This document shows positions 50,130 through 62,545 of a stretch of 64,000 nucleotides of DNA, piece after piece; position 1 is the first letter of the stretch; each line of letters starts with the position of its first letter. Source of the stretch: Callorhinchus milii. Lineage: Eukaryota. The stretch covers positions 22,880,001 through 22,944,000 of the forward strand of contig NW_024704743.1 in assembly GCF_018977255.1 (NCBI RefSeq), written 5' to 3'. The notes under the pieces are model-generated. The model was not told the origin of the DNA, ran no database searches, and saw only the letters and a list, made by a program, of their open reading frames with translations. The position numbers and the translations under genes are program-made.

Positions 50130-51312
50130 CTGACCTCCTCTCACAACCTCTTTCTCCACACCCACTCTGTCACCCTTGTCTATGATCACCCGCTTGACCT
50201 GGTGATTACCCGGGCCCTCAGCATCTCGGACCTCACCATCACCAACAAAGCCAACTAGTACCAATCCTTAACTCCTCAATCCCTCAACCCACCTCCATCT
50301 CCTACCGCCCCTGGAAAAACATCTCTCTCTACCGTCCGCTGCTTTGGAGGCATCTGAACTCCTCCCATTCTGGGCTTCCTCCCGCACCAACCTATCCACC
50401 TCGGTCACTCTCCTCCACAACTCCCTCTCCACCACTCTCGATGGTCCCATCACTTCCCGAACAGTCCCCTATTCAAGGAAGTCACCCTGGTACACCAGCC
50501 ACCTCCTCTCCCTCAAGGCACAGGTGCCTGCTGCTGCACGCACCTGGCTCAAATCTAACTTAACAGTCCATCGGCAGATCTGGCTGGACCTTATCAAAAT
50601 GTATTGCTCTGCTAAATTGTCCTTCTACTCCATGACAACCTTGGAGGTCAAGGACCACCTCAGGCTCTTCTCCTCCATCACCAACTGGCTACTCTACCCA
50701 CCCTCTTGCGCCTCGCCCGTCCTCTCCTCCAACTCCAACTGCGAGGTGATGCTGGACTTCCTCGAAACCTAAGTCCCCAATTACCCCGGTCCTTGCCAGA
50801 CTGCACTGGCTGCCTGTCCCAGAGGATCGACTTCAAGATCCTCACTCTTGTCTTCAAATCCTCCTCTACACCCCCTACCTCTCTGACCTCCTCCTCACAA
50901 CAGTGCCCATTGCCTTCGCTCCACTGGGTCTGGCCTCCTCCTTGTCCCCAAATCCTCTGCTCCACCATCGATGGCCACTACGCCCCGAGGCTCTGGAACT
51001 ACCTTCCTCACTCCCTTCACCTCACCCTCTCTCTTCCTATTTTCAGGTCTCGGCTGAAGACCTTTCTTTTCGACCGCGCCTTTGGTCACCTTCCTCCCCC
51101 TCCCCCTGGCTCAGCCCCGGGATCCGTTACTGTGAAGCGCTCTGAGACGCTGTCAGGCGTGGAGGGCGCTATATAAATCCAAGTTGTTGTTGTTGTAAAT
51201 CGACGGAATCCGCTCAGCTGCCTCTGCCTTCCGTCTACTTCCCCCTCACACTCTGGCGCCTACCCATCCCTCCCTCCACACCTTCGAACCTGTCTCCCAC
51301 TCCTCACTCAAC
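50130..51312 (+). mobile_element. L2 endonuclease/linker fragment with a second L2 3' fragment (about 50773-51195) nested inside
   Basis: HPLDLVITR (APE C-terminus), SPWYT...NCEVMLDFLET; the host resumes at gaatccgctcagctgcctctgcc as in the 8.9 kb copy. Confidence 0.8.
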
Positions 51313-51763
51313 ACCACTATAATAATAATAATCCTTGCATTTGACGTTTCAAAGTGCGTCAAAGAATATCCTGTAAAGTGAGTTGACTGTATATTTGTGG
51401 GCGAAACGAGGCAGCAATGTCTCAACAGCAGTCGTGGATTGAATGACAATTTTTTTTTCTTGATGGATTATCATCAGGTTATTATTCTGATTATTATAAT
51501 AATTTATTGATGCAATTTATTATTGTATAGCGTGAAAGGCACTATACAAATGTAATTTTGTTGTATTTTGGCTATTTCAAAACCGATGGTGTTTTTATAA
51601 CTTGTTTGCAGTGATTTCCTTTTTTTCTCATTATTTTAAATTCGTAAAGAGAAAGGAAGCTCTTGTATAAATACTTGCTTACAAATCACCTCCATCATTT
51701 TGTTAGTTTGGTTATAATAAAATTAGAAGGTATTTCATACAAGAGTGTCTTCATTGGCTTTAT

Positions 51764-52118
51764 GGAGTGCTGTAGCTCAGTGGTTAGAGGACTTGCCTCT
51801 CAGGCGCGAGACCTGGGTTCAGTTCTCGGTAGGGCGAAATGTTGGGCAAGGTTTCTTACTCCACACGCTTCTGACCTAGCAGTAAGTAGGAACCGGTTGT
51901 TAGTTGATTGGCAGATTGCTTTTCCTGGGTAATAATTCCTTTAAAAAAAATTGGTCGCTTCAATTTACAACTGTTTGTGTAACACTGCTGTGCGCAATTG
52001 GCTGCAGCATTTTTGCCCACAAAATATAGTCAATTAACTTTACAGTATATACCGTGAAGCGCTCTGAAACGTCTCGAAGACATGATAAGACGCTATATCA
52101 AATACAAGGATTATTATT
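51764..52118 (+). mobile_element. tRNA-Ala SINE, full length
   Basis: ggagtgctgtagctcagtggttagag...aaggattattatt. Confidence 0.88.
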
Positions 52119-52560
52119 TACAGGTGAGTGATGAATTAAATGAAAAACTTAAATATTGAATGTTGACTGAGCTGCATGATGGAATCAACCAGGTCAATCC
52201 CTGGCATCATGTCTCAACGAGGAAATGAACGTGTAATACAATTTACAATATACACTTACATTCATGTTGCACCTTTCACGTAAGGAGGAAGTCTCAAAAG
52301 TGCTTGTTAGCAGTCCGTAAAGATCAAATAAATTTTGAGTTCATATCATTTACCTAAAAAATACAGTCACTAAATTCTATAGTAAATCTTCTGAAGCGTT
52401 TTGAGATGTATCACTTGTAGGATGAGATGCTATATCAACAATAGCAACAAACTGCATTTTTTATAACGCCTTTCATGTCAAGAGGAATACAATGTCAAAT
52501 GTAAGAATTATTAGTTATTCTTAATCGATTATATGCAAATGTTTGTTTCTATTTTTTCAG

Positions 52561-52693
52561 CTTCCAATGGAGTAGTACTGGCAACAGAAAAGAAACAGAA
52601 GTCAATTCTTTATGATGAACAGAGTGTACACAAGGTGGAGCCAATCACCAAGCATATAGGAATGGTGTACAGCGGAATGGGTCCAGATTACAG
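52561..52693 (+). CDS. PSMA2: PSMA2 coding exon 3 of 8
   Basis: TTTCAG acceptor; (A)[43 protein letters not shown](R); donor AG|GTACGT; 133 bp. Confidence 0.97.
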
Positions 52694-52935
52694 GTACGTG
52701 TTGCTGAGAGAATCATAGGATACCAGTAGCTCGTTTCTTGTCTTACCCTTTAACTCGTTAACGATCAAGAACCTTGGAATTTTAAAGCTTTGGAACTCGC
52801 TCACCTATTGCAGGCAATGGAAATTAATTTCCTTTTTTCGATTGGCAGAGAGGTTTCTGTACAAGGAAATAGAAATGATAGAAAGAGTAAAATGTTGGTT
52901 TACTGCGTCTTCTATCAGGTTTTTTTTCACTAAAG

Positions 52936-53420
52936 AACAACAACAAATTGCATTTATATAGCACCCTTCACATCGGGAGGACATCCCAAGTCACTGGTTT
53001 GCGTCCAAGCTGGGGTCGAGTGGAGGTGGGAGGATGACCTAAACCACGGTCAAAGGAGGTCTTGATATGCCCTTGAAGGAGGTGAAGGAAGGGCTTCAGA
53101 TGTTGGGGATAGAAAGGCTGAAGGCCTGACTGCCGATAATAGAGCGGGCGGGGGAACATGGAGCAAGCCAAGGCCCTCTGAGTGGAGGGAGAGGGCAGGT
53201 TGGTAAAGCTTTAGTAGGTTGCAGAGGTAGGGAAAGGCATGACTGTGGAGGGCTTTAAAATTGAGGACGAAGATCTTGAAGGATTCTCTTGGCGATGGGG
53301 AGCCAGTGAAGGCGGGCGAGGATGGGGTGATAGACTCACAAAGCTTAGTGCGGGAGAGTACACAAGCTGCAGAGTTCTGAATAATCTGCAAGTTATGGAG
53401 AGAAGAGTTGGGAAGTCAAC
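52936..53420 (-). mobile_element. L2 LINE 3' fragment
   Basis: LQIIQNSAACVLSRTKL plus tail on the - strand. Confidence 0.8.
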
Positions 53421-53429
53421 AGGAGAAGA

Positions 53430-53690
53430 GATGTGTAAGAGGTTGTGTTCAAAATTCTAAAAGGATTTGATAAGGTTAACATAAGTAGGCTCTTCTCACT
53501 TGTTGGGGGTCCATAACCGGGCACACCACAAGTATAGGATAGCGATTAGAGGATCTAAAAAAAGAAATTGAGAGGAACTACTTCATGCAGAAGGTAGTGA
53601 GAATGTGTGCTTGCTAACCAAACCAGTGGTTGAATCAGAGAGTATAGATACATTCAGGAGGAAGCTAGATTTTCACATGAGGGAGAGGGA
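53430..53690 (+). mobile_element. Decayed CR1 fragment
   Basis: gaggttgtgttcaaaattctaaaaggatttgataagg...aggaactacttcatgcagaaggtagtgagaatgtg...gaggaagctagat. Confidence 0.6.
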
Positions 53691-53765
53691 AATATTAAAT
53701 AAAATAATAATGTAAATTGATGTAAACCAGCTTTCAGTGGTATACTGTAATTCCAGTTTTTACTG

Positions 53766-54280
53766 AACAACAACTTGCATTTATATAGCACCCTCCACGC
53801 CAGACGACGTCCCAGAGCGCTTAACAATGGTGGAGCCCGATGCTGAGCTAGGGGGAGGGGGAGGTGACCATAGGCATGGTTGAGGAGGAAGATCCTCAGG
53901 CGCAACCTGGAAATGGGGAAAGAAGGGGCAAGGCGAAGGGATTGAGGGAGGGAGTTCCATAGCTTCGGGATGTAGTGGCTGAAGGCACAACCGCCGATGG
54001 TGGAGAAGAGGATTCGAGGGACAAGGAGGAAGGTGGAGCCAGTAGAGCCGAGGCAGCAGGTAGTGCTGTGAGGAGAGAGAAGGTTGGAGAGATAGGGGGG
54101 TGCCAAGGCCTGGAGGGAAACTCTAGAGAGGATCTTGGTCGATCTGCTCTGTGACGGAGCAGTGGAGTTTGGTAAGGACTTGGGTAATCGGGGTGCGAAG
54201 TTTAGTGCGGTTGAGAATGCAGGTAGGGAGCTTTGGATTAGTTGAATTTTGTGAATAGTGGAGGAGGGGAGGAGGACCTT
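53766..54280 (-). mobile_element. L2 LINE 3' fragment (second subfamily)
   Basis: HKIQLIQ...STIGGCAFSHYIPKLWNSLPQSLR plus tail. Confidence 0.8.
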
Positions 54281-54685
54281 CACTTTCAGATCTCAAGCAA
54301 CAAATCTGAGCAATGTATAACATATTCTGTGAAACGCTTTGAGACGTCTCCGTAATGTGATAAGGCGCTATATCAAATGCAAGGATTATTATTATTATAC
54401 TGCTGGCACACATCAGCGGACTTGGCTACCAAGGACAAGCCCTGAAGTATGTTACATACATGCAGCACCGTGTCGATGTCACCTGTACAAGGTCACAGGG
54501 TTCAACTGTCATTTGTAAGCCTGTCAGTGGCATGTTGTCTTGCTTGCTGGACAAATTGAGATGCCAGCTTGATAATTAGGATAATTTCTTGGAGTGGAAG
54601 ATGATTTGGGGAATATTTGCCCTGTTTAAAATGCAGTATGTACACACTCTACAAAAGCTAGACCATATTTAACATGGTACTCTAA

Positions 54686-54841
<156 letters not shown>

Positions 54842-55313
54842 TAAGTACAGTTATTTAGTTTCTTCATTTTCATGCTGTATACTGGGTCACAGCCAGTGCA
54901 GAGGGGGAAATTAATCATAACTTTTAAACTAGGGTTATATCAGCGCTATATTAGACTTCTGTCAGAGTAAGTTTGCTGTGCCCAGGAGCGGGCTGAAGGG
55001 TTGCTGCATTGGGCTTGAAGAAACGGTTAGATTGAAAGTGTTCCATTTTGTGACTGCGGAAGTGGTATTTCAAGACCGTTAATAGTGAAAGGTTACCATG
55101 AAGAGGAACCCTGCTGCCAATTATATCATCAAAAGAAGTGGCAATAATATAACTTCACTCTAAATGTGACTCATATTCCTGAGAGAAACGACTTAAGATC
55201 AGAGACTTAGCAATAGAGCTGCTGCAATCAGTAAATGATGTTCCTGCATTGATTGATGCAGTGCTGTTTGAAATAGTGCACGTGTATATGCAAGTCATCT
55301 TTCTCAATTCCAG

Positions 55314-55395
55314 GGGTGTCCGTCCATTCGGAGTGTCGTTGTTGGTTGCTGGCTGGGAAGATGGTCACCCACATTTGTTCCAATCAGATCCATCT
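55314..55395 (+). CDS. PSMA2: PSMA2 coding exon 5 of 8
   Basis: TTCCAG acceptor; [27 protein letters not shown]; donor CT|GTAAGT; 82 bp. Confidence 0.97.
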
Positions 55396-55969
55396 GTAAG
55401 TGTTTTAGGAAGACACTTGCTCTCCTAACCTTTTCTGAGCTTTGCTTTCCAGATGTAAGATAAGCTCTGAATCACTGCCACCCTTAACTGAAACCTCCTC
55501 AAATGGGCATGTTGTAATCTTAAGTGAAGGCCTGTACATTGGGATGCTGTGAATTTGAACCTGCTGTGTGATGGTTGTCAAGAAATGAAAACTGAGATTT
55601 GTTTAATTGGTTTTAAAATGCTCATGGGCTCTTTGTGGATATTTACTTTCAAGGTGTGAGTGGGTAAAGGATTTACTGCACTTTTTGCACTTACTAATAT
55701 TGTTTTCAATGTTGAAGTAGGCACAAATATCAGATTGAATAAATTCACTTATGGCTGGTGAGGAGTAAATGGGCAATGCCTTGGCCTTTTTCTTGGTGAT
55801 CTTTCAGTATTTTTCAGCTCTGGAAGTGCAGAACCATTAATTGATCTGGCTTAATGCTAACTGGATTCGATGTGCAACTTTGATCTGTTTTCTTTCATCC
55901 CCCTCCCTTTTTTGGTGTATTGCTGGATAGCAACATTTTTATCAAGTTTTGTTTTTTTATCTTAAACAG

Positions 55970-56043
55970 GGTGCATACTTTGCATGGAAAGCAACAGCCA
56001 TGGGGAAGAATTATGTAAATGGAAAGACTTTCCTTGAAAAAAG
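55970..56043 (+). CDS. PSMA2: PSMA2 coding exon 6 of 8
   Basis: AAACAG acceptor; [24 protein letters not shown](R); donor AG|GTACAG; 74 bp. Confidence 0.97.
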
Positions 56044-56329
56044 GTACAGTAACAGTCACAGCTTAAATTTACACAGACTGATTGGGCTTAAATATGAGAG
56101 AGGGAAAGGGGAGATAGAAAGAGAAACAGCGAGTGAGGGAGAGAGGGGGGAAGTGAAGGCAGAGTTTGGAGGAGGGAGGGAATCAGTGCTCACGGTTTCC
56201 ATTTGAGGGAGGTGGGGGGATATCTGTCCTGCTCCATAGTCTTCACTGTGGAGGTGGGGAGGGAGATGGCAGCTGGAAGAAGGGTTGAGAGGATAGAGAA
56301 AAACATGCTCGCCTCGCTCTGGTTTGTGT

Positions 56330-57199
56330 GCTTTCTGCAACTCAACGTCAGCAAGACCGAGGCCCTCCTGATTGGCTCGCGCCAGCGCCTCCACACCTCA
56401 GGCGCTGGCAGCATCAGCCTCCACGGCTGCACACTCAACCTCACTAAGCCAGTCAGGAACCTGGGTGTCTTGTTTGACCCTGAACTGTCCTTTCTCCCCA
56501 CATCCGTGCCATGACCGGCACTGCCTACCACCACCTCCGCAACATTGCCAGACTCCGCCACTGCCTCTCCCCTCAGGCTGCCGAAACCCTTATCCATGCA
56601 TTCGTAACATCAAGGGTCAATTACGGAAACTCCCTCCTCATCGGCCTTCCCAACTCTTCCCTTCACAAGCTGCAGATCATCCAAAACTCTGCAGCTCGTG
56701 TACTCTCGCACACCAGGCTCTGTGACCCCATCACTCCCACCCTCACCCGACTCCACTGGCTTCCCATCCCCCAGAGGATCAAATTCAAGAGCGTCATCCT
56801 GACGTTTAAGGCCATCCATGGCCTTGCCCCCTCCTAACTCTGACCTGCTGACTCCCTACCAACCCGCCCGCTCCCTCCGTTCAGCGTGCTCCGATCTGCT
56901 CCATGTCTCCCGCCCGACCTGCCCTACCATCGGTGGCCGGGCTTTCAGCCTTACTGCCCCTACAATCTGGAACTCCATCCCACAGTCCTGTCGCCTCACT
57001 TCCTCCCTTGCCTCCTTCAAAGCCGGTCTCAAGACCCTTCTCTTCGATCGTGGCTTTGGTCTCCCTCCCACCTCTCTGCCTTCCCTCACTCCTACACCAC
57101 ACCTCCCCCATGCTCAGGTCCCGACACTTGACTGTTCAGCGCTTTGGGACATCCTCCCGACATGAAAGGCGCTCTATAAATGTAATTTTGTTGTTGTTG
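56330..57199 (+). mobile_element. L2 LINE 3' portion in PSMA2 intron 6
   Basis: FLQLNVSKTEALLIG, VRNLGVLFDPELSF, HLRNIARLRHCL, LQIIQNSAARVL, LHWLPIPQRIKFK, (TTG)n tail. Confidence 0.92.
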
Positions 57200-57406
57200 C
57201 TCCAGTCCAACATTATTAACTGTAGTTCAAAATGCAGACTGCCGTGATTTTTAAAAATATATTATCTTAGATGAAGGTGACACAAACTTCTGATGCATAT
57301 AGTACTTAAGAGATGTGATGGCCATGCAGGAAATGTTTATTTCAAGGTAATGTGCTGTCTTCCTATAATAAATATTAAATTCTATTGTTTTATCTTTTGC
57401 CCGTAG

Positions 57407-57464
57407 GTACAATGAAGACCTAGAACTTGAAGATGCTATTCACACGGCAATCTTAACACTAAAG
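57407..57464 (+). CDS. PSMA2: PSMA2 coding exon 7 of 8
   Basis: CCGTAG acceptor; YNEDLELEDAIHTAILTLK; donor AAG|GTCATA; 58 bp. Confidence 0.96.
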
Positions 57465-57582
57465 GTCATATATTTTATCTATTACTATAAACAGTGTTGA
57501 AATATTTATTCAGTGTTTGCTTTTGTAGAAAGGTATTATACCGCCTTGTTTTGATTACTTTTGTTTTTCTCTTCCTATACAG

Positions 57583-57699
57583 GAGAGCTTTGAAGGACAA
57601 ATGACAGAAGATAACATAGAGGTTGGAATCTGCAATGAGGCAGGATTTCGAAGACTCACTCCAGCAGAAGTGAAAGATTATCTGGCTACCATTGTCTAA
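57583..57699 (+). CDS. PSMA2: PSMA2 coding exon 8 of 8 (stop TAA)
   Basis: ATACAG acceptor; [38 protein letters not shown]; 117 bp. Exons sum to 705 nt = 234 aa + stop, the length of vertebrate PSMA2. Confidence 0.97.
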   Translation, partial: ESFEGQMTEDNIEVGICNEAGFRRLTPAEVKDYLATIV

Positions 57700-57735
57700 T
57701 AACTTTCAATCTGATCAGGAGCGAGTTTTTTTTAA

Positions 57736-57880
57736 AATAAAAAAACTACTGATAATTACAATTTTGACACCTTTTTATTAAAGCCTTTTTTAGTTTGGAA
57801 ATAGTCGAGTAAGTTGTCAGTATAATGTAAAGCTGTAATGAATCTTTCTAAGAGTTGCGCGAGTTCAAGCTTTGAATAAA
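57736..57880 (+). terminator. Two candidate PSMA2 polyadenylation signals (AATAAA at 57736-57741 and 57875-57880)
   Basis: Canonical hexamers 37 and 176 nt after the stop codon. Confidence 0.55.
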
Positions 57881-58636
57881 TATTCTCGGTTTAAAATATA
57901 ATGCAGATCTGTGAAACCCCCGCAATTCGTTCATTCCACAATCTTAATGAAAGAACTTGTACATATTTTTCTAATTTTCTGATTCCTGTAATAAGGTTTC
58001 TGGGTGTTGGCAGGTTGATATTTCATTTTAGTTCCATCATCTTGTTTCTCGTTTTATAATAGCACTCTGCATAATAGGTTTTCTGCATGACTAAAATTAA
58101 GGGGAACGGTTAGAAGTAGCTTTACAAAAACACTTGGTGAAAGTTCCTATAAAAACTTTCATTGTGTAGCACTGGGAAGAGCGATAGGATAACAGACTAT
58201 TATAAACTGTATATAAGCTGCATAGTCTTCTACAAAGGAAAAAAAAACTCCATCAAATAAATTGAAAAACTGGGTTGGAGTATTACAGCCCTAGCTGGCT
58301 CAGGATCGAGTCTACTAAACCAGAAGGCTGACTTGGTTTTGATATCCAAAGCGTTCAAAAGTGATTCAAGTGATCGGAGACACTACCCTGTGTGAACAGT
58401 GCTATATAAATGCACTTTGTTGTTGATGTTCCTCTTCCGAGCATTTCACTTTGGAGCCAGTTAGTCACTAGTTGGTCATTTGGAATCTGACAAGCTCAGC
58501 GCCATTAGTTCAGGAGAATGAGCCGAGGATGAAAAATATCGAGAAAGGGAAATGGTATAAAGCAAATTAGTTTATCTTTAGTAATTAGCATTGTTTTTAG
58601 GTGCTTATTTTAGAAATACTGAATACTATTTGAGTG

Positions 58637-58895
58637 TACTCCACACACCTCTGTTTGCCTAGCAGTAACTAGGAACCCTTTTTTAGTCGATTGGCGGATC
58701 ACTTTTCCGAGGATAATAACTCCTCCAAAAAAAATTGGTCACTCAATCCACGACTGTTTGTGGGACACTGCTGTGTGCAATTGCCTGCCAGGTTTCGCCC
58801 ACAAATATAGTCAATTCACCACAGTATATTCTGTGAAGCGCTTTGAGACATCTAGAAGACACGATAAGGCGCTATATCAAATCCAAGGATTATTA
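58637..58895 (+). mobile_element. tRNA-Ala SINE lacking its head
   Basis: Body and tail match the family. Confidence 0.8.
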
Positions 58896-60150
58896 CTAAA
58901 CTACTACTAAAAAAGTCTGCGATTCAAGAAGGATCTCAATAATCGATTGACGTAGAGACATGATTTATACCTCATCTGAAAGGTTTGCATCTAGGAGTGA
59001 CATGGGCATATTTGTTTTCGGGTATCTCCTATCGTTCATGAGTTATGACCTAAAATATATTTCAGTTTTGCGTTTTTCACTGCAGCATGTGTGTAGCCAA
59101 GTGGCGGCGGAAACAAAATAACATGAAGCTAAGCCGCAGCAACAACAACAAAATTACATTTATAGAGCACCTTTCATGTCGGGAGGATGTCCCAGTGATT
59201 ACAAATTATAAATTTATCATCATAAAGATGCCTAAGCGAAAATCAAACCTTTCAGGGATAATTAAGTGTGTCTTGTCTGTCTGTGTGTCGATCTACATTC
59301 CATATTGGATCCTCTGGTTGCAATGGGTACAGCTAGTAATAAATAAGAATAAAGTGGAAACTTTGGGAATTGAAAAGCCTATACACCTAATTGACCCAGA
59401 AAGACAAGAATTTCACTAGCTTTGACCTAACAGTAGCATGCAGATTAAAACGTTTTGTTTTTAATTTGTCAACAGTAACCATTTTTTGGCTAAAATTTAA
59501 AGTCCAGTACTTGACTCTGTAAAATCTGAGTTTTTTTTTACAAAGATGTTTATTGATGCAGTGATGTTGCATGATTTATAAACCGAGGAAAATGTTTTAC
59601 TAACTACTTTAAATGGACTAATGGCCATTCAATGCATATACAGTATGTACATTTTAAAAAATATTGCCATGCCCATTTTGCACCTTGTTTTCTTTGTTCA
59701 TAAAGTATTGTTTGTGCCCTTAAATTTATATCTAGTGCTGGACAAGGCTGCTGAGGCTACCTTTGTAGATTGATGAATAATAGCGAAATATCCGCAATGG
59801 AGGATGCTCAATTTGGTATCGCATACAACAGTACAATGATCCGCAAAGTGAAAGCCGGTTTGTACCCACCAAGCATTGAAGGCTTTCCTGCATGTTTAAC
59901 CAAAAAACATTTAAAAATATTAATTAATGTTGGAGGTAGTTGCTCAGGATTGAATCAATTTCCCAGATTTATCTTTCCCAGTTGGCCCATTGTCCTGCTC
60001 CAACCTGCTTTTCCATATCACCTTTTTTTTAAATTCATTTCGCTTTCCAGCTTTATATTTCTCTCGACACTTGTAGAGTAATAAATGGTGGCAAAGACTC
60101 GTTGGACCAATGTTTCTGTGCTGTAAATTCTATGCAAATGTAACACCTTT

Positions 60151-60545
60151 ACAACAACAACTTGCACTTATATAGTGCCCTCTGTGCAGGGTAGCGTCTC
60201 AGAGCGTTTAACAGTGGTGGAGCCTGACTCCGAGCCGGAGGAAGGGCGGGTGACCGTAAGCACTGTCGAAACGGAAGGTTTTCAGGTGGGACTTGAAAAA
60301 GGGGGAGAGAGGTCAGGGCGGAGGGATTGAGGGAGAGTGTTCCAGAGTTTTGGGGGCGTAGCTGAATGCGCGACCTCCGATGGTGGAGCAGAGAGCGCAA
60401 GGGACAAGCAGGAGGCCGGTGCCAGTCGAACGGGGGCGCAGGGTGGTGGATTGGGGAAGTGAGGAGGTCGGAGGGGTGGGGGAGGTGCCGGGGAAGTGAA
60501 TGGATTTTGAACACGAGCGTGAGGATCTTGGAAGTCGATTCGTTT
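60151..60545 (-). mobile_element. L2 LINE 3' fragment, unusually CpG-rich
   Basis: Same subfamily as 53766-54280; (AAC)n tail at 60151. Confidence 0.8.
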
Positions 60546-61464
60546 AGTGACGTGGAGCCTGGCCGGAACCGGCCAGAGCCTGAGCTGCTCATCCAGTTGC
60601 CCTTCAGAAAGAATCTATCGTCAGCAGTAACTTGCGGGTAATTAATTCCAATCCTAGAATTAATTACCCGCAATTAATTGATTGATTGACTGATTAACTA
60701 ATGCGAATGAAGCGCATGCATTTCATTCCTGAGTGTGCATATTCCCCTTGTCGGTTACTTCCTTATTAAATGCAATGTTCCCCACACACCGCCCCCCCAC
60801 CCCTCACCACCCCGACCCCCCAACTTACCTCCCCACTCTTTCGTAACCCCCTCAACCCTCACCCTCTGGGGTGGAGGAAGCCTGTGATCTAATGCAGCCT
60901 CTCCCACTACCCCACTCAAGTTGTTGCTCTCCCACTGAGCAGCAGCAACAATTGCTAAGTGACTTCACTTGCCCCCCCCCACCCCCACCCCCACCATCGT
61001 TATCAGTTACGTTGCAAACTTGCACCCCCCCCCCCCTCTCCCCCCCCCCCCCAGGCTATGGTTGCTAAGCAAAGAGGAGTAACATGTCAATGGGCAGCTG
61101 TGACCTGGTGCTTTTGTCGTCAGATCCCCCTCCAACACTGGGTTTGCATTGTTAGCAAAAAGGGAAACCTGTGCCACAGGTCAATATAAACCCACACACA
61201 CACACACACACACACACCAATGGTCGTTACTGCCACCACAGTTTGGCTGAAGCTGGACCTGGATGTCTGAGCTGCCCATGTCCCAGCTCACACTGACCGA
61301 GAGGTATGGGACACACACACACACACACACACACAGAGGGAGAGAGACTCTCTGCAATGTCCCATCAGAAGGTAAAGGGTGGACCACCACCAACTGTCGC
61401 CATGGAGACCGACTTTGTTTACACACAAGAGAGAGAGAGAGAGAGAGAGAGGCTCGAGCCCAAC

Positions 61465-61612
61465 AGAGAGAGAGAGAGAGAGAGAGAAGAGTTATACAGA
61501 GAGAGGGGGTGAGAGGGAGAGAAAGTGTGTGTCTCTGTGTGTGTGTGTGTGAGAGAGAGAGAGAAGAGTTATACAGAGAGAGGGGGTGAGAGGGAGAGAA
61601 AGTGTGTGTCTC

Positions 61613-61647
<35 letters not shown>

Positions 61648-61695
61648 AGAGTTATACAGAGAGAGGGGGTGAGAGGGAGAGAAAGTGTGTGTCTC

Positions 61696-61735
<40 letters not shown>

Positions 61736-61795
61736 GAGTTATACAGAGAGAGGGGGTGAGAGGGAGAGAAAGTGTGTGTCTCTGTGTGTGTGATA
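61465..61795 (+). repeat. Minisatellite A: 4 units of about 77-87 bp with embedded (GA)n and (TG)n
   Basis: The anchor gttatacagagagagggggtgagaggg recurs at 61491, 61568, 61651 and 61738. Confidence 0.9.
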
Positions 61796-61839
61796 GAGAG
61801 AGAGAGGTGAAGAAATGGAGAAAGAGTGAGAGGTGGAAG

Positions 61840-62545
61840 GGGTGAGAGAGGAGGGGGATAGAGAGAGTGTGAGAGAGAGATAGAGAGAGTGTGGGGGAAA
61901 GAGGGATAGACAGGGAGAGGGGGTGAGAGAGGAGGGGGATAGAGAGAGTGTGAGAGGGATAGAGAGTGTGTGGGGGAGAGAGGGATAGACAGGGAGAGGG
62001 GGTGAGAGAGGAGGGGGATAGAGAGAGTGTGAGAGGGATAGAGAGTGTGTGGGGGAGAGAGGGATAGACAGGGAGAGGGGGTGAGAGAGGAGGGGGATAG
62101 AGAGAGTGTGAGAGAGAGATAGAGAGAGTGTGGGGGAGAGAGGGATAGACAGGGAGAGGGGGTGAGAGAGGAGGGGGATAGAGAGAGTGTGAGAGAGGGA
62201 TAGAGAGAGTGTGGGGGAGAGAGGGATAGACAGGGAGAGGGGGTGAGAGAGGAGGGGGATAGAGAGAGTGTGAGAGAGAGATAGAGAGAGTGTGGGGGAA
62301 AGAGGGATAGACAGGGAGAGGGGGTGAGAGAGGAGGGGGATAGAGAGAGTGTGAGAGAGGGATAGAGAGAGTGTGGGGGAGAGAGGGATAGACAGGGAGA
62401 GGAGGGGGATAGAGAGAGTGTGAGAGAGAGATAGAGAGAGTGTGGGGGAAAGAGGGATAGACAGGGAGAGGAGGGGGATAGAGAGAGTGTGAGAGAGATG
62501 GAGAGAGTGTGGGGGAGAGAGGGATAGACAGTGAGAGGGGGTGAG
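61840..62545 (+). repeat. Minisatellite B: about 9 purine-rich units, mostly 79-81 bp
   Basis: ggtgagagaggagggggatag recurs at 61841, 61922, 62001, 62080, 62161, 62242 and 62323, followed by two shortened units. Confidence 0.9.

Noticed and set aside
61263..61845. ER/CV-repeat protein ORFs
   Set aside because: Translations of (GA)n/(TG)n minisatellite units.
61465..62545. CRISPR-like repeat-spacer array
   Set aside because: Eukaryotic context; units are tandem with no unique spacers, and there are no cas genes.
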